Below the pieces are notes generated by a model. It was not told the DNA's origin. It did no database searches and was given only the letters and a program-made list of their open reading frames with translations. Made by a program: the position numbers and the translations under genes. A stretch of DNA of 63,402 nt, the filler included, from Lenisia limosa (Eukaryota > Protista > Breviatea): the NCBI GenBank assembly GCA_001655205.1. It is 13 parts of 13 records of this genome, joined end to end, with 100 filler letters (N's around TTAATTAATTAA, not from the genome) between each part and the next. Parts side by side here need not be neighbours in the genome. Positions count along the whole stretch, not along the records: positions 1 to 18,266 come from LPNZ01000357.1; positions 18,367 to 36,176 come from LPNZ01011637.1; 11 more parts are not named here. One strand, given 5' to 3'. This document shows positions 11,680 to 25,041 of the stretch, piece after piece. Position 1 is the stretch's first letter. Each line of letters begins with the position of its first letter.

Positions 11680-12238
11680 TTTCACAATCAAATTAAAGGC
11701 TCCACCTTTTGTTTAGTGGACTTACACACCGAAAAAGAACCAAAAATAAGGTGATTCAGACTTCTTGTTCCGTCTTAGTACAGCGTTTTATTTATAATGA
11801 TAATAAAACCTCTCAATTCCTTGCCTTAAGTTGAGGCCGTAAACGCAAAAAAAAACAATTTAAATATGTGCAGTTCATGGGGTGACGCTTGAGCCTTGGT
11901 TATAACTTACTGTATATGGAAGTTTGGTGAAGCTTTGAAACGGCTAAGTTCACCTCGGTTAGTTTCCCCTTCACTACATACACAGCTATATCACGATATT
12001 ATTTCGGGTTTTGTTTGGGCCAAATTTGGTCACACTTGGGAGGGATACCCATTCATCGATTTTGGAACTTGACAGGACTCATAATACAGGAAAGGTCTGT
12101 ATTGTGGTTTGTTCATATGGAAAGGTCAATATTATGATACAGAAGCGTTTAAGTTTCTCAAATTTCGTTGTACCGTATTGGTCATTGTTCTAAGATGACA
12201 CTTGTAACATTTTGATGACACCTGTAATTATTTCAGGA

Positions 12239-15200
12239 ATGCAGTTGAAACAGCTCTTTCTCCTGTTTTTCTGCGGCTTGGTGCTTGGTTTGCCAAGTGG
12301 TCATTATATTTCAATATTGAAATGAAAGCTTCTCACTGACGCTCTAGTTTCTTCTACGACTGCTGACTCATGTTCCCTCAGTGGCTTGCCTCTCAAGAAA
12401 CAAACCTGCAAAATCTGGTACGGGAAATCTCTTGTTTTTTATTACAATTTGCTGATTGAACAAAGGGAAGAATACACTGCAGTATTATTTTTGTTTTTGT
12501 TCTTGTTGTAACTTCTTACAGTTTGGAGCAAAGTGACTGTGGCTGGTGTACCGCAAATGGAGGGTTAGTGGGCTGCATCCATATTTCTACAATTTCAAAG
12601 TTCTTTCTTTTGGCTTTTATTAGCATCTTCTAATTTCTCAGTTCTTGTATTGAAAAGCTGACGGACTCATCAAACCCTGAAGAATGCCCTGCTGCAAATT
12701 GGTTTGACTCTCTTGGATGATATATTCGTTCTCTAATAACTACTTCTTAAAATTGTCTTTGTTTCAGTTGTCTTGAAAGACCATGATGTCCTCCCTCTCT
12801 GTATGTTGCATTAAATTTCAGGGTACTCCAAGAAAGTGCTATTACAAGTCTACCAGTTCCCTCAACCGAAGGCGTGTCCCCTAAAGAGGTGTGTCACGGG
12901 TTTTCTATCAATCAGCTGGAATGCCCCCAATACTATCTAAAATGAAGGATTTTATTCCATCTCATAAGGGCTAACCATATTCATTGTCAACCACTTCTTG
13001 TGATTTTTGTGACAGTTTTTTTGTGAAGACAGTGAAAACCACCCTTTTATTGTTTAGGTTTCCATTCGACTAAGAAGAGGTCAACCATTAGAGCTGACGT
13101 TTGAATTCAAGGCCATCAGAAAGAGCCTTGACTTATCAATTGTCGAAGATGTGTCGAACTCCTATAGGTAAGAAATTGATTTGCGGTTATACGTCTTAGA
13201 AATGACCTGGTTTATCTCAAGAGCGCTTTCACAAACGAAGATACTGGTATGTTACCCAATATTCTTCTAAATATTCGCCAGGAATTACAAACAAAATTGA
13301 AAGCGAGTTGCTGGACATTGAAAGCAACCCGCACCTTCAGCTTCGGATGGCTTTAGTTACGTTCAACCAAAAGGTGTGGTTAGTTGTTTTCATTTTATCC
13401 TATTACCAACCACCTTACACCCAGCCGTACGCTCCTTTTGGCTATCTTCATGCCACGCCCGGGGAAGAAAACTTTGGATTCAAAGAGCATTGCAATTTTG
13501 GGGGTTAGCAACAATTTTCATTTATTTGTTCTGTCAGATTGTGCAATTTCAAAAGGAAAATAATAATCCACTATTTACTATTTCAGATATTACATCGACA
13601 TGTGACCAGACAGCTGACAAGCACTGCCTCTTTAGAGCAAAGCTGAACTCTGTCACAATCCATGGCACTATCATGCACCCTGAGGTGAATGCGTAGAACA
13701 TATCGCATCTGCAACTTTCATAATTGCAAACATCATACCTTTTCAAAATTGGTACACTAAATGAGAACCCAATACGATAATATATCCCACGCTCATGAAA
13801 TTCAGCTGGCCACTGATGCTCTAATACGATCCCTGTCATCCATGCATTGGGACGACACTCACCGTCACGTTGTCATTGTGTCCACTGACGCTTTGGTTGG
13901 ATTTGACTTGGTGCAATTGAGATACTCGTTTGATATGTACTCTTATACATTTTCAAAAGTAATGTTGGATGAATTGATTATCTCAATGCTCCGCATATTA
14001 TGTGCTTTGTTAAATGCAAGAAGACTACCTTGAAATAGTGTTACCTTTTCCATGTTTATCTTTACTAGCTTCTTGTATAATAGTGTAGTCAAGCCTTTCT
14101 GGAGAAGTCAGGGGACACTTTAATGTCAAGACAACACACGGTATGATGAATATAAATATTTGATATTGAAAAATGCAGTTCATGAGTTCAAAAATCTCAA
14201 CGAGTTATTGTTTAGAATCTTCGGATACAAACTATGTCTGGGATGGTTTCCTCCCAAACACTATGAAGTGGGAAGACACGGTTAGGAGACCTATTGAAGG
14301 TGGATTCATGGTTAATAGAGAAGAAGTTGCAGAAGATGTAAGGAATGTAAATAAATGTTATTTTTAGTTTCCTTCTTTCACGATGATTAAACGTCTTTTG
14401 ACTAAATACAATGTGGTAGGTCAAGTGAGATCGCTCTTATTGCCTGAATATTTTAGGTTCCAGTTTTTGCTATCAATGGAGGGACAACAGTTGACTATTT
14501 CTATCAAGGTATGCATATCTCTTGCTGAAAGAATGACTTTTCAGTTTTAATCAACGAGCTTGGTTTTGGAAATGTTCAGACGCTTTGTAAGTCCATTTTC
14601 CCGTTTGTTAACCCTACCAAGCGTCGGATTCCTCAAATCTATTTTCTGCTATTTCCGATGCATACGCTCTCCTCTCTTCTAAGATGGCTTTACATGTTTG
14701 CAATTGTTAAAAATTCTGATTCTTTAATAACACAATAGTAAATACTTGTAAAAACATGTACGCTTTATCAAAACCATCAATGCAAAATGAATCCTCTAAA
14801 TCAAAGGCTACAATCAGTATATTTATTCCAAGTCTTTCAGTTAGTGTTTACTTTCATATATTGTTGCTTTGAGCAACATTCTCTTGTAGCTAGTCACTTC
14901 GACAAACTTGATTCATTCAGACGGCATTAGATTACTACAGTCTTATTTCAGCTGAAGATGGAATTGTCCCTTCTGAATACGTTGACATCCCTTCTACTGA
15001 GTTGGTTTCATTTCAATGATGTCGTTTTCTATTTGTATATTGACTGTTTACAAATTGCAACTCTTTTCCTTTTCATCAAACCAAGTCCTCCCGAAACAAG
15101 GAACTTCACTGTAAAACTGGAGTACGCTTCATCCCGCCCTTGGCCCCCAAGTGAAGACTCAACACAGGTGGCCTTTCTTGGGATTGCAATTCGGTTCAGC

Positions 15201-18147
15201 AATTGCTGATACATCTTACAACACAACATTGTCCATTGTTCTTTTGTTTGGAGTGAAGCCTGTTTTACTCAGTTGATTTGACAGATTAACCTTTTCATCT
15301 TTATGTATAAAGTTTATTAAACATTAAAACTGTCAATGATTAAAAAAGAAATGTGACTCTTAAAAAACACAAATTTGTCTATGAATGTCTGGCAAATTGA
15401 GTGGTAACACAACAAATGACTTGATAGATTGTTATGAGTAGCATTGGATGGGAGTCTGTCAAAATCAACGTTGATTTCGTCAAGGTATGATCAATACACT
15501 CAATTCAGAACGATTTTACATGATAAAACTTTCTAATTTGTTTCACCCTAGGAGAGCATCATTTTACTTTAACTCCAGTGTTTTAAATATATTTATCTGA
15601 ATCAGCCAATGATATAATAATAGGAGTGTGATTGTGGTGGAAGCACGTGCCCCGAAGACTGCAATGGTGCAAATGGCGAATGCGATGTAAGTTATCTTGT
15701 CTGTTCAGAAAACAATGGGTTAATGAATGAAACATGAGTTTCATTTTCTGCAATTGAAACCTTGGTTATTTCCTTTTAATATCCTGCAAATATTGTATTT
15801 CAATTGGTCACATAGGCTTCATTTGACTTTAGTGTGGAAGATGCATTTGTAACAACCCTTATACCCATGGTGATGCCACTTTGACTTCTGAAATGACATG
15901 TGGTGGGTTTTATTTCTCTTTTTTGGGGTGTATTTTAATTCTTTTTGTTTCAATGTGAGAGTTTCGCTTATCCCTTAAAAATAGCTGAGATGAAAAACTT
16001 ACACTATTTACATTCCATTTTAGGTTGCAATCCCACTCTAGAATGTCCAAATGATGGTGCTTGCAATTCTCAAGGGGCATGTCAATGTGGAATCTGTGTC
16101 TGTTCAGACCCAACCCAATGGTACTGAAGGGAACAATTGATTTTCTCCTCAATAACAATGATTTGGAAAAATGAGAGAATACATGAAATTTATCCTTCAA
16201 CGTTCCAGGATTGGAGACGAATGTCAGTGTAAGGTGCTGGAAGAAGGTACTTGTGGACATGGTCAAGCCGTCTGCACGACACTTGGCACTCAATGCATTG
16301 TTGGTACAAAGCAGATTATTTACTTAGAATTGATAAGTAGCGCTTTGAAAGATCCCATCACAGCGTTGTTTATCGTTTTATTTGACTGATGTAGTGTGAC
16401 GAAGGCTATATTGATGGTGAAGATGGTCCATGTACCTGTTCTACAGATGTCTGTTCAAGCTGTCTAAATGGAGATTGTGTCTGTGGCTCATGTCAAGTAT
16501 GTCGGGGTTGATTATGAGAAATCAAATGATGACATTGACTTCAGGCTGTGTTAATTTTGGAATACATTCCATATGGATATGGATATGGATATCGAAGACC
16601 GTCTTCACACTTCAATTGGCATATTTCATTACACTACGTTCTTATTGGTACCATATTGAACTAACCATAACTTTATCTTTTTAGTGCCATGCCGGGTGGA
16701 AAGGAGACGCCTGTGACTGCTCCACCGACTGTCCCTCAGATAGTGTTTTCACAGAATGCAGTGGCAATGGAATATGTAATTGTGGTACTTGTGAGGTGGG
16801 AATGGTTTTAGTTGGTGTTATAATCTCTCAAAAATTTTCGTTGCAAGGTATTATTTTACAAAAAAACACGTTTCTGGTAGTCTTACAGTTTAGTGTGACG
16901 TAGGGTGGAGTGGACAACCTTTGTCAGTCCATGATTGCAGTTGTGACACCACCAAAGAATGTCCCTTGTTCAACGGACTTGAGTGTGGCGGAGCTAAATC
17001 AGGAGTAAGTCTTAGTATCGATTTATTTCAGCGGAGAACAAGACGAAAGTTTTGCCATATTCTTAAGGAATAAAGCACGTTTTTCGGACAGAAGTGAATC
17101 TCACGAAAAAATAACTATTACTTTTTAGGTATGTGAATGTGGCAAATGTAAATGCAAAGCTGGATACGGACCTGTTGAAGGCCAAACGGATGAGACAAAC
17201 GACTGTTCCTGTTTAGCCCTTCCCTGTCCCTCAGCTTGCTCAGGGAAGGGTGAATGCGTCTGTGGAACTGTGAGTTGGTTGCTGTTCGTGTCCATTTGAC
17301 CTTGAACAATATTATTACTCTTTCGTCAATATGTAAATTTTAGACCACACCACTTCATTACTATTTAGTGTGTCTGTGAAGAAGAGTGGAAAGGTGACAC
17401 GTGCTCCTGTCCCGCCACTAAATCCTGTCCCGGCCTTGTTCACGGCACTTGCGGAGAGTGCAGTGAGTACATCTGTGATCCTGGGTACTATGGCAATCAG
17501 TGTGAGGTAATTTGGGAATTTGGAAGCTCTTTGTATAATAATTTAAAGTTGCATGCTTTCTAACTTATTCAGTGTCCAATTTCGTGTGATGTACCTTGTT
17601 TAAACGGAGTATGTAGTTGTGGAGTTTGCGGGGGTGACTTAAGGTCTCAATACAATTGACAATATTTCCACTTCAGGTTTGTGAATGTGATGACGGATGG
17701 TCTGGTCCAACTTGTGCATGCAATGCCACTGCGGAAGCCCCTGAAAACTGCATGGAACCTTGGGGTATTGCTTTGTGTGACGGAACCTGCCAATGGTATG
17801 AGGTGAATTACTACAAAATCATGTGATAAACTATCAGAGTAACAACTTATCAGGTTCACAACACTGATACTTCTGACATTTTTCAGTGCTACTGAGTACG
17901 CTCATCCAGCAACAGGCCCTAAAGACTGCTCTTGCAGTCTACTTGGATGTCTTGGAGGATGGTAGGCTGGGATATAGTAGTTAACAATTTAATTGTTTTT
18001 AGTAACGAATTGAATTCTGGGGGCACATGCGTCTGTGGCCAATGTCAATGCAATGAAGGGTTCTCTGGCGAACAGTGCGGCTGCAAAGAGGGAAAGACAT
18101 GTGCACTGGATGATGACGGTTTTGTCTGTGGAGGTCCTGATAGAGGA
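12239..18147 (+). CDS. Integrin beta subunit with an expanded Cys-rich EGF stalk; 3' end (TM and tail) missing at an assembly join
   Basis: Signal peptide MQLKQLFLLFFCGLVLG; PSI domain (C..C...CGWC); SPKEVSIRLRRGQPLELTFEF; beta-I MIDAS LDLSIVEDVSNSY; LRMALVTFNQK; HWDDTHRHVVIVSTDA; VPVFAI; SDSSNLFSAISDAYALLSS; then repeated GxCxCGxCxC..GWxGxxCxC units over about 13 exons. Confidence 0.92.
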
Positions 18148-18266
18148 GTAAGCGCATCAAGATTTCTTTTCCTACAGCAAATTAGAATAATTCATTGTTT
18201 CTTCTTAATAATATAATGTGAAGACCATACATACACCGAAGCCAACATATCAATACATACTGAATA

Positions 18267-18366
18267 NNNNNNNNNNNNNNNNNNNNNNNNNNNNNNNNNN
18301 NNNNNNNNNNTTAATTAATTAANNNNNNNNNNNNNNNNNNNNNNNNNNNNNNNNNNNNNNNNNNNN
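18267..18366. other. Artificial scaffold join (44 N + TTAATTAATTAA + 44 N), representative of 12
   Basis: The identical six-frame-stop linker occurs at 18311, 36221, 38423, 40525, 43437, 45164, 46391, 48209, 55181, 56605, 59774 and 61177. Genes are truncated at these points. Confidence 0.95.
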
Positions 18367-19289
18367 CTGTATCGATTGGGGGGCGTCCAGCTTTAGCAGG
18401 TTCGTAAAGAATGCAACTAGGATTTGCAATAAACCGTTGATAGCCTCTACGAAACGCATTGTCAGGGATTAAGATGGAATATCTTGAATGGTAATCAATA
18501 ATAGAAAAACAATGGCGGGGAAGGCTTCCCAGGAGATAACGCTGGTCGTGATAAGCTTCACATGCTTTTCTGAGNNNNNNNNNNNNNNNNNNNNNNNNNN
18601 NNNNNNNNNNNNNNNNNNNNNNNNNNNNNNNNNNNNNNNNNNNGTAGAAACTCGAGGGCTCAAGCGGGAATTGCGGTTTAAGGCCCTGCTTCCTCCGTTT
18701 TAGGTCAAAAGGAACTTGTAAAACTGGATAAGGTCTATTTTCCATCTCAAACAGGGAAAATCAAAGAAGAAAATTAGTCAAAAGCGAAAAGTAATCAATG
18801 ATTACTTTCAGTTGGGCTTGTCTTCTGAATAAAAGCTGATGCTTTGTAAATATTTGATGTTTAAACATTAATATTGCATAAAATATAATGAATAAGGACA
18901 CAATGGGCAAAGAGAGAACTTTATTGTTTTTCGTGAACAAGATCTTTTTTTTTGGTGAAAGATGATCTTGTTCCAAAAACCCCCTTTTTCTATTTTGGCT
19001 CCCGGGTGTTGTATTTATGCATTTACAAATATGCACTTTGCTGCGTTTTATTAGATATCCCCCCCTTAATCATCCACAGTTCTGAAATATTGCTAGTGCT
19101 TCTTGCACATAGCTTTGTACCATTTTCCATTAAAAACTTAAAATGACATTAACTACTTTTGCGTGATGAAGGAGGCTAAAGGTAATCTTGGTAACAATGG
19201 GAGTAAAAGGTCTAAAAATAAAAAATAAAAAAAAATCGGATAAAATCGGATTTAGCGCCCGTAGCATATACTATATGACTTGCTCAACA

Positions 19290-22200
19290 AACCATATTTT
19301 TAATTTTGAACTGAACGCTATCCCTTTGCATGGCCTTGAACCTGACAGTGACTTCTTGTTCTATCCAGTCGTCAAAACCTTGTAAAGCTTCTTCTAAGGC
19401 AAATGCCTAAACACAAAATGAACACTCAATTAAGAACTAATCAATACCACAACCAGAACAAGCATTTCAAGATTAACCATAATCCTACCATTGTAAGCGG
19501 CTTCCAGATTGACCCCCATTCAGTGATAGTGGAGTAGGTCTTACGAATATGAGGGATAGGGGGGACGAAAGCAGCAAGTGGGCTCTAAAACGGATCACTG
19601 CAGTCAAACTGATTGAATTGCAGTTTAAATAGTTTTAACAACTGAAATTAGAGAACAGTGCAAATAAAGTAATGCGTCCAAAAGTCTAAAACATAACCAG
19701 TTACATACACAATTGTGTTCAAGGCAGTAGTCTTCCCCAATTTCACGTTTTAGTAATTGTGAAGAGGGTTGAGGATGGTTACGATTTCGATTATTCTTAG
19801 TGGTTAATTTGTTTGGTAAGAAGATTAAAAATGAAACAAGACCCAGCAATAAGAGTAAAGTGGCTGAAAAATTCTCACTAAAAGAGAAAAGAGATCAGCT
19901 GCTAATTATTTTTGATTCTACGAAACATTATTCGGTAAGTTTGGTAGAGAAGATAACCACTTACCGAAACAGCGAATTTTACCGAAAATATTTCCCCCAC
20001 AAGAGAGCTGGGATTTGTCTAAATAATCAAAATTGATTATTGGCTGTTATATATGATATAGCTACTAAGTATATATCACACCGTCAATATATGTATTATC
20101 TGTGAATTTCCTCTATCTGTGAATTTTTTTTGAAATAGTATACGAAAAATTTTGCTAAAAATATGGCTTATAACAGAGAATTGTCATAACACTCTTGTTG
20201 CTAACAAAAATGAACTTTTATTGTTGATGACAACATTTGTATTTTGGCGAGATTGCTGCNNNNNNNNNNNNNNNNNNNNNNNNNNNNNNNNNNNNNNNNN
20301 NNNNNNNNNNNNNNNNNNNNNNNNNNNNNNNNNNNNNNNNNNNNNNNNNNNNNNNNNNNNNNNNNNNNNNNNNNNNNNNNNNNNNNNNNNNNNNNNNNNN
20401 NNNNNNNNNNNNNNNNNNNNAGGACGGTGTGATATAGTACTAGTATATAACAAAAATATTTATCAGCATAAAAACAATAATATGAATTGACAAATACAAC
20501 ATACTGGCTATATATCAGTTTCCAAAGTAATAATATGAAAAATTGTGAATTTAGGATAGGAGCCTTTAAAAAGAGTCAGGGATAATTCCAAACGCACATG
20601 ATCATGAGATTCGAAGATGTGGAAATCTTGTGATGGTAGCGATAATGAATATGATGGATCAGCTGCACAAATTCCCTTAAAAATTAGGCAATACATGTTA
20701 CATTTTAAATTGAAATATGTAGAATATATATTATATATAATATGATAGAAGCACTTACTCAATTCTAAAACCAAAATAACTTTTACAGATCTGTAAAAGA
20801 AGAAATGTTAAACATATAAAAAACATAAAGTAATTATCACATTGATTTGAACATCAACAAACCTTTATCTCAACAGAATTTGAGGAAACAATTGTTATGG
20901 GAAGTACACAACTATCATTTGACAGCTCACGGCCACAAAGATCTAGCTTCAATTCTGACTCGGTCTTTTAATGTAAGCTTTGGTAAAAAGATTGCAACCT
21001 TTTCAAATATTTAGGCATAAATTTTGATAATCTGAAACAAATAATTGAATGACCTTAGTGTGAAATATTTTGCTGTTTAAGGGACATTAGGTTTGCGAAT
21101 TGGTTATATTTTGTTTGTTTTTATTTGACCCTACCTGACTGATGGCATAATTAGCACTGTTGGCTAGTGCAGCCATCATCATCATGTCGTCCATGTAGTC
21201 AAAGAAATCGTCATCAGGAATTGCATCCTTGCCATCCTGATTAATTGTCAGAAAACCCATGTTATTGATATTACTATGGTCTGTTGATGATCATTAATTT
21301 GTACATAATTATTGAATCTTGAAAACAAACTTAAGGAAATATCAATTATAACCCCATCATACCACAAATATAGTAAGCAGAATGAGCATATTGACAAAAT
21401 CAGGATAACTATCAAGTGGCGATGTCCATGATGCCATTGGCGACTTTCCCAATGAGGTACTGTACGTTTGCGGGGTGATACTGAATTGACTAGAAGGAAC
21501 ACCCTAAGGCATTGGGGTTGAACAGTGCTGCAATCGAGGTTGTTTTCAATTTGAATGAAAAACAAATTGGTGTTATAGCGAATCATGTGGCATTGTTATA
21601 TGTGTAAAATGAATACAAACACATATTAACTGAATGATGATGGTTTTATTATTTAAGAAGATAAAATATCTTACCTTTTGAGGTTTATTTTTAATAGAAA
21701 AGAGTCCGGCGATTTTGCCATTTTTGAATTGCCTTCCAGCAACCATATTGGCGTTTTTGATAAAGGTGTCAACAACTACTTGCGGAATTGACGTGTGTAC
21801 GTCGTTATGAATCTGTGATATTATTCCATATTTTTAAACAAGCAATCAAGAGAACATATCACACCGTCCATATATCTGTGAATTTTCCTCTATCTGTGAA
21901 TTTTTTTGAAATATAAGAAAAATTTTGCAAAAAATATGGCATATAACAAAGAGAATTGTCATAACACTCTTGTTGCTAACAAAAATGAACTTTTATTTGT
22001 TGATGACAGCATTTTTATTTTGGCGAGATTGCTGCTTACTTGTCTAGCGTATGTTTAATGTAAAATACATATAGGTTGGTGTTTAAAACCGCGAACATGA
22101 TTAAAACTGCGAACAAAAAAGGAGGCTTTTCTTTCATTTTTCNNNNNNNNNNGCTGAAGAAACTCGAATTGAAACTGACAAGAAGGAGGTTGAGTCGACG

Positions 22201-25041
22201 GCAAGACTAGTGAAGTCCGTGCAAAGCTTCCAGCTTGACCAGCAAAAGTACCCTTTTGGAAAATTAACTTCCACCTTATTTAACCTTATTTAAGAAGATC
22301 AGTCACTAAAAACCAAATTGAGCACAATAAACAAATATATTTGGTGTTTTAAATATTTTGTTTTCAAATAATAAACAAAAACATCCCTTTTTGGTCATCT
22401 CTTCACAAGCGTGCACTATCATTTTCGACAGTGATATGAATACCTCATTCCACTTGTTTGAACAAGTCTCAATGACACTCTGATACACTCGGAATGAACC
22501 TTTGTGATATCTCCGTTATCATTTCGACCCGTAGTCGGTCATATGATCATATAACTGGTGGATATGGGTCAGTATTTCTAAGAAATATTGTCTCTTGATC
22601 GGCGAAATAATTTGAACAACCCAATAAATAATTGGTTGAAAAATGTTGTGAAACATAGAATTAAAAGGCTCTTATATCTTATAGAGAGAAGAAAGTACCA
22701 TTATTGTCCAATATGGTCCATATAAACACCCCCAAACTTCAACAGGTTTTGAGAGAAAAAAATTTTCGGCAAAATTTTTTCTCTCAAAACCTGTTAAAAA
22801 ATGAGACAGTTGAATTAGAAACTCTGAGTCTATTGTTATTCAGAGCATATAATAAGATGAAATACAATTAGAAACAAACAAATTGAGACTTCATACAGAA
22901 AATCTTTTGAAGAGAACCGTTAATGTCCCAAATAGTCCTTCATATACCCCCAAACTTTTATTAATCGTGTTTCGTGACTCTTTTTTTTGCCTTCCGCCCC
23001 ATAAACTTGTTTATAGTTATACCCCTGGTTCGTACCTTTGCTGGAGAGTTGAGGACAATCTATAAAGTTAGCATTTGAAGCAAACTCAGACTTAAGATAC
23101 ATTCAATGGAAAGATGCCCGGAAGCCAACCGTTTTAGCCGTTGTGGTGTTTTCCTCAGCAGGTTGCGCGGGGAGTAGAGAAGGCAACATTCATGGTATCG
23201 GAAGTTAGCCGAACCACCCATCATTTACAAAAGCTCTAACAAATCTTCAACATTTTGATGATCAGCATCCAAAATCCTTTAATTCTCGTTTATGGCAGAG
23301 GTGCTTATTTTAAAGCTTCTAATAGCCAAAAACAGATGATGTCACCCAGTTTACTTTGTGGAACCAAGGTACCCCTATATTTATATATTTTTTTTTCGCT
23401 TTAAACAGCTTCAGCAACAGCAAACCTGAGCTTTTTGAAGAATATGAGCTATAATATATCAAAAGAGGCAAATCCCGGGAAATTGAAGAAGATCATGCAT
23501 GTTCTGATAAACTAGCTGGTGCATCATTCCGGATTACATCTTCTTTACAGTGGGGTGGGGGGATACAAGAAGATGTGTACATGTAGTGTCTAACCCACAA
23601 AGGTGATGATGGTTGGACACCAGTGACAAGAAGACTGTGAGGAAAGAAAGCCTTCACAGCATCCAACAGATTCCCAAGAGCCTCCATTGCTTCTGGCTTC
23701 TTGTTCACCAAAATTCGGTACAGAGCAGGGAAATGACCTGACACAGTCAACGATAAATATGGTGAAAGTCAGACGAAGGAAACAAGCAATCAACAAACTA
23801 TAGCCATGAAATCATCAATTAGGATGAATTTGGATACTAAAATAATATATAACAGAAAGAGAAGAGCAGAATATACACTTTTAAAGCCGCCAAGCTGCTC
23901 TTAGCCTTGGTTTGACACGTTGAGCAAACCTTCAACACAGATTCAAGACTGTGGGTGTCTACAGCCTTTCCGAAGACAACAATAAAACCTTTTGCCCAAG
24001 TGAAAAAACCTTGATGATCCCGTCTCAGTACGTATGAATTTCGCTTGGATGCAACTCTATAATCAACAGGCTACAGTATTAATACTAATACACCAACGAA
24101 TGATGAGTGAAAATTTGACCTGGTTTTACGTAAACATTGAAATACGGTTGACAACTTTACATACATGAACACAAGTGGTGAGGTTTGATAGCACATATAG
24201 GTAGAGACCGAACAGGCAAGAACATTGATTACAAATGATGAGAGCCTTGTTCTTAACCCATCTGTGTATCGAAGTAGTGAAGTGAACAAATATGTTCGGC
24301 AAACCTGTTGTCAACAATAAGGGGAAATGGGTACAAGGTAGCTTTGATGTTCCTTTAGATTTGTCCTTTTTGAGTTTGTTTGGTATGCTTACTCATTGCT
24401 ACATATAACAGGGCTCCCATAAACGAGTATGGAATCTGAATCGTCTTGGGAAACCATTTCACCACCAATTGCTAGCAACTTCCTTGGCCTTATCAGATGA
24501 TGTCTGGCGTTCAATATCTCGGACTTTTCCATTTTTCTTGATTTCTGAAAATTTTAACACCCAAAGTCCGCTTCCGTTTCAGGTTCGGATTTTCTACCTA
24601 ATCGATCATCCTCATCCTGAGTTAAGGGGGGAATTTCTGTTGTTAGGTCCCCTGAGCAGTGAGGGGTTCGTGATTTAGAAGATTTGCTGTGTTAATATGA
24701 GCAGTGAGGGGTTTGTCATGTGGAAGATTTGCTGTGCTAATATTAGTTCTTCAGCTGCCTTAGAAGGGTTTTTCTTTCTTTTAATCAATACAAGCTTGAA
24801 GCTAGTCTAGCGAAGCGCTGCAATTCAAGGTCAAGGAGAAGAAGAAAACCCCACCAAGCAGTCTTTACAAATTGTTTAAGCCCACCGACAAAAAGACGTC
24901 GGCCTGGAGACAGCACCGTCAGATTGTCTGTGCGGTGGAGAATGAGGGAGGTGTTGAGGAGACAACAGCAAGTTTTGGACTACGGCTACAAAAAGGTTAA
25001 AAAGTGTTGATTGCTTTGTAATGAGTTGACTTACGCATCAT
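19290..25041 (-). CDS. Long multi-exon hypothetical protein gene (could be more than one gene)
   Basis: Minus-strand exon-like blocks with GT/AG ends: ATGATGC|gtaagt at 25041; EKSEILNARHHLIRPRKLLAIGG; GFFTWAKGFIVVFGKAVDTHSLESV; GHFPALYRILVNKKPEAMEALGNLLDAVKAFF; IHNDVHTSIPQVVVDTFIKNANMV; DGKDAIPDDDFFDYMDDMMMM; AFALEEALQGFDDWIEQEVTVRFK. The full phase was not reconstructed. Confidence 0.4.
20074..20434. mobile_element. MITE family D copy (contains an internal N gap)
   Basis: TATCACACCGTC ... GACGGTGTGATA ends; the internal 180 bp is nearly identical to 21857-22035. Confidence 0.75.
21857..22035. mobile_element. MITE family D, partial copy
   Basis: Left TIR plus body nearly identical to 20074-20259; no right TIR seen. 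Confidence 0.7.
22741..22795. repeat. Near-perfect inverted repeat (about 25-bp arms, 4-nt loop)
   Basis: AACAGGTTTTGAGAGAAAAAAATTTT-CGGC-AAAATTTTTTCTCTCAAAACCTGTT, with a single A/T indel. Confidence 0.9.

Noticed and set aside
18311-18322. TTAATTAATTAA as a biological motif (PacI-like or homeodomain site)
   Set aside because: It is always centred in exactly 44+44 Ns, so it is an assembly linker with stops in all frames.
22990-24560. Possible dynamin- or Ras-like GTPase motifs (FIDCPQL, AKGFIVVF) in the 19-25 kb gene
   Set aside because: No GxxxxGKS P-loop was found and the fragments are too short to support the call.
24654-24745. 45-bp tandem duplication
   Set aside because: An ordinary local duplication with only two copies; the same applies to duplications at about 37265, 39986, 48265, 51620 and 56503. 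None is CRISPR-like, since there are no unique spacers between conserved repeats.
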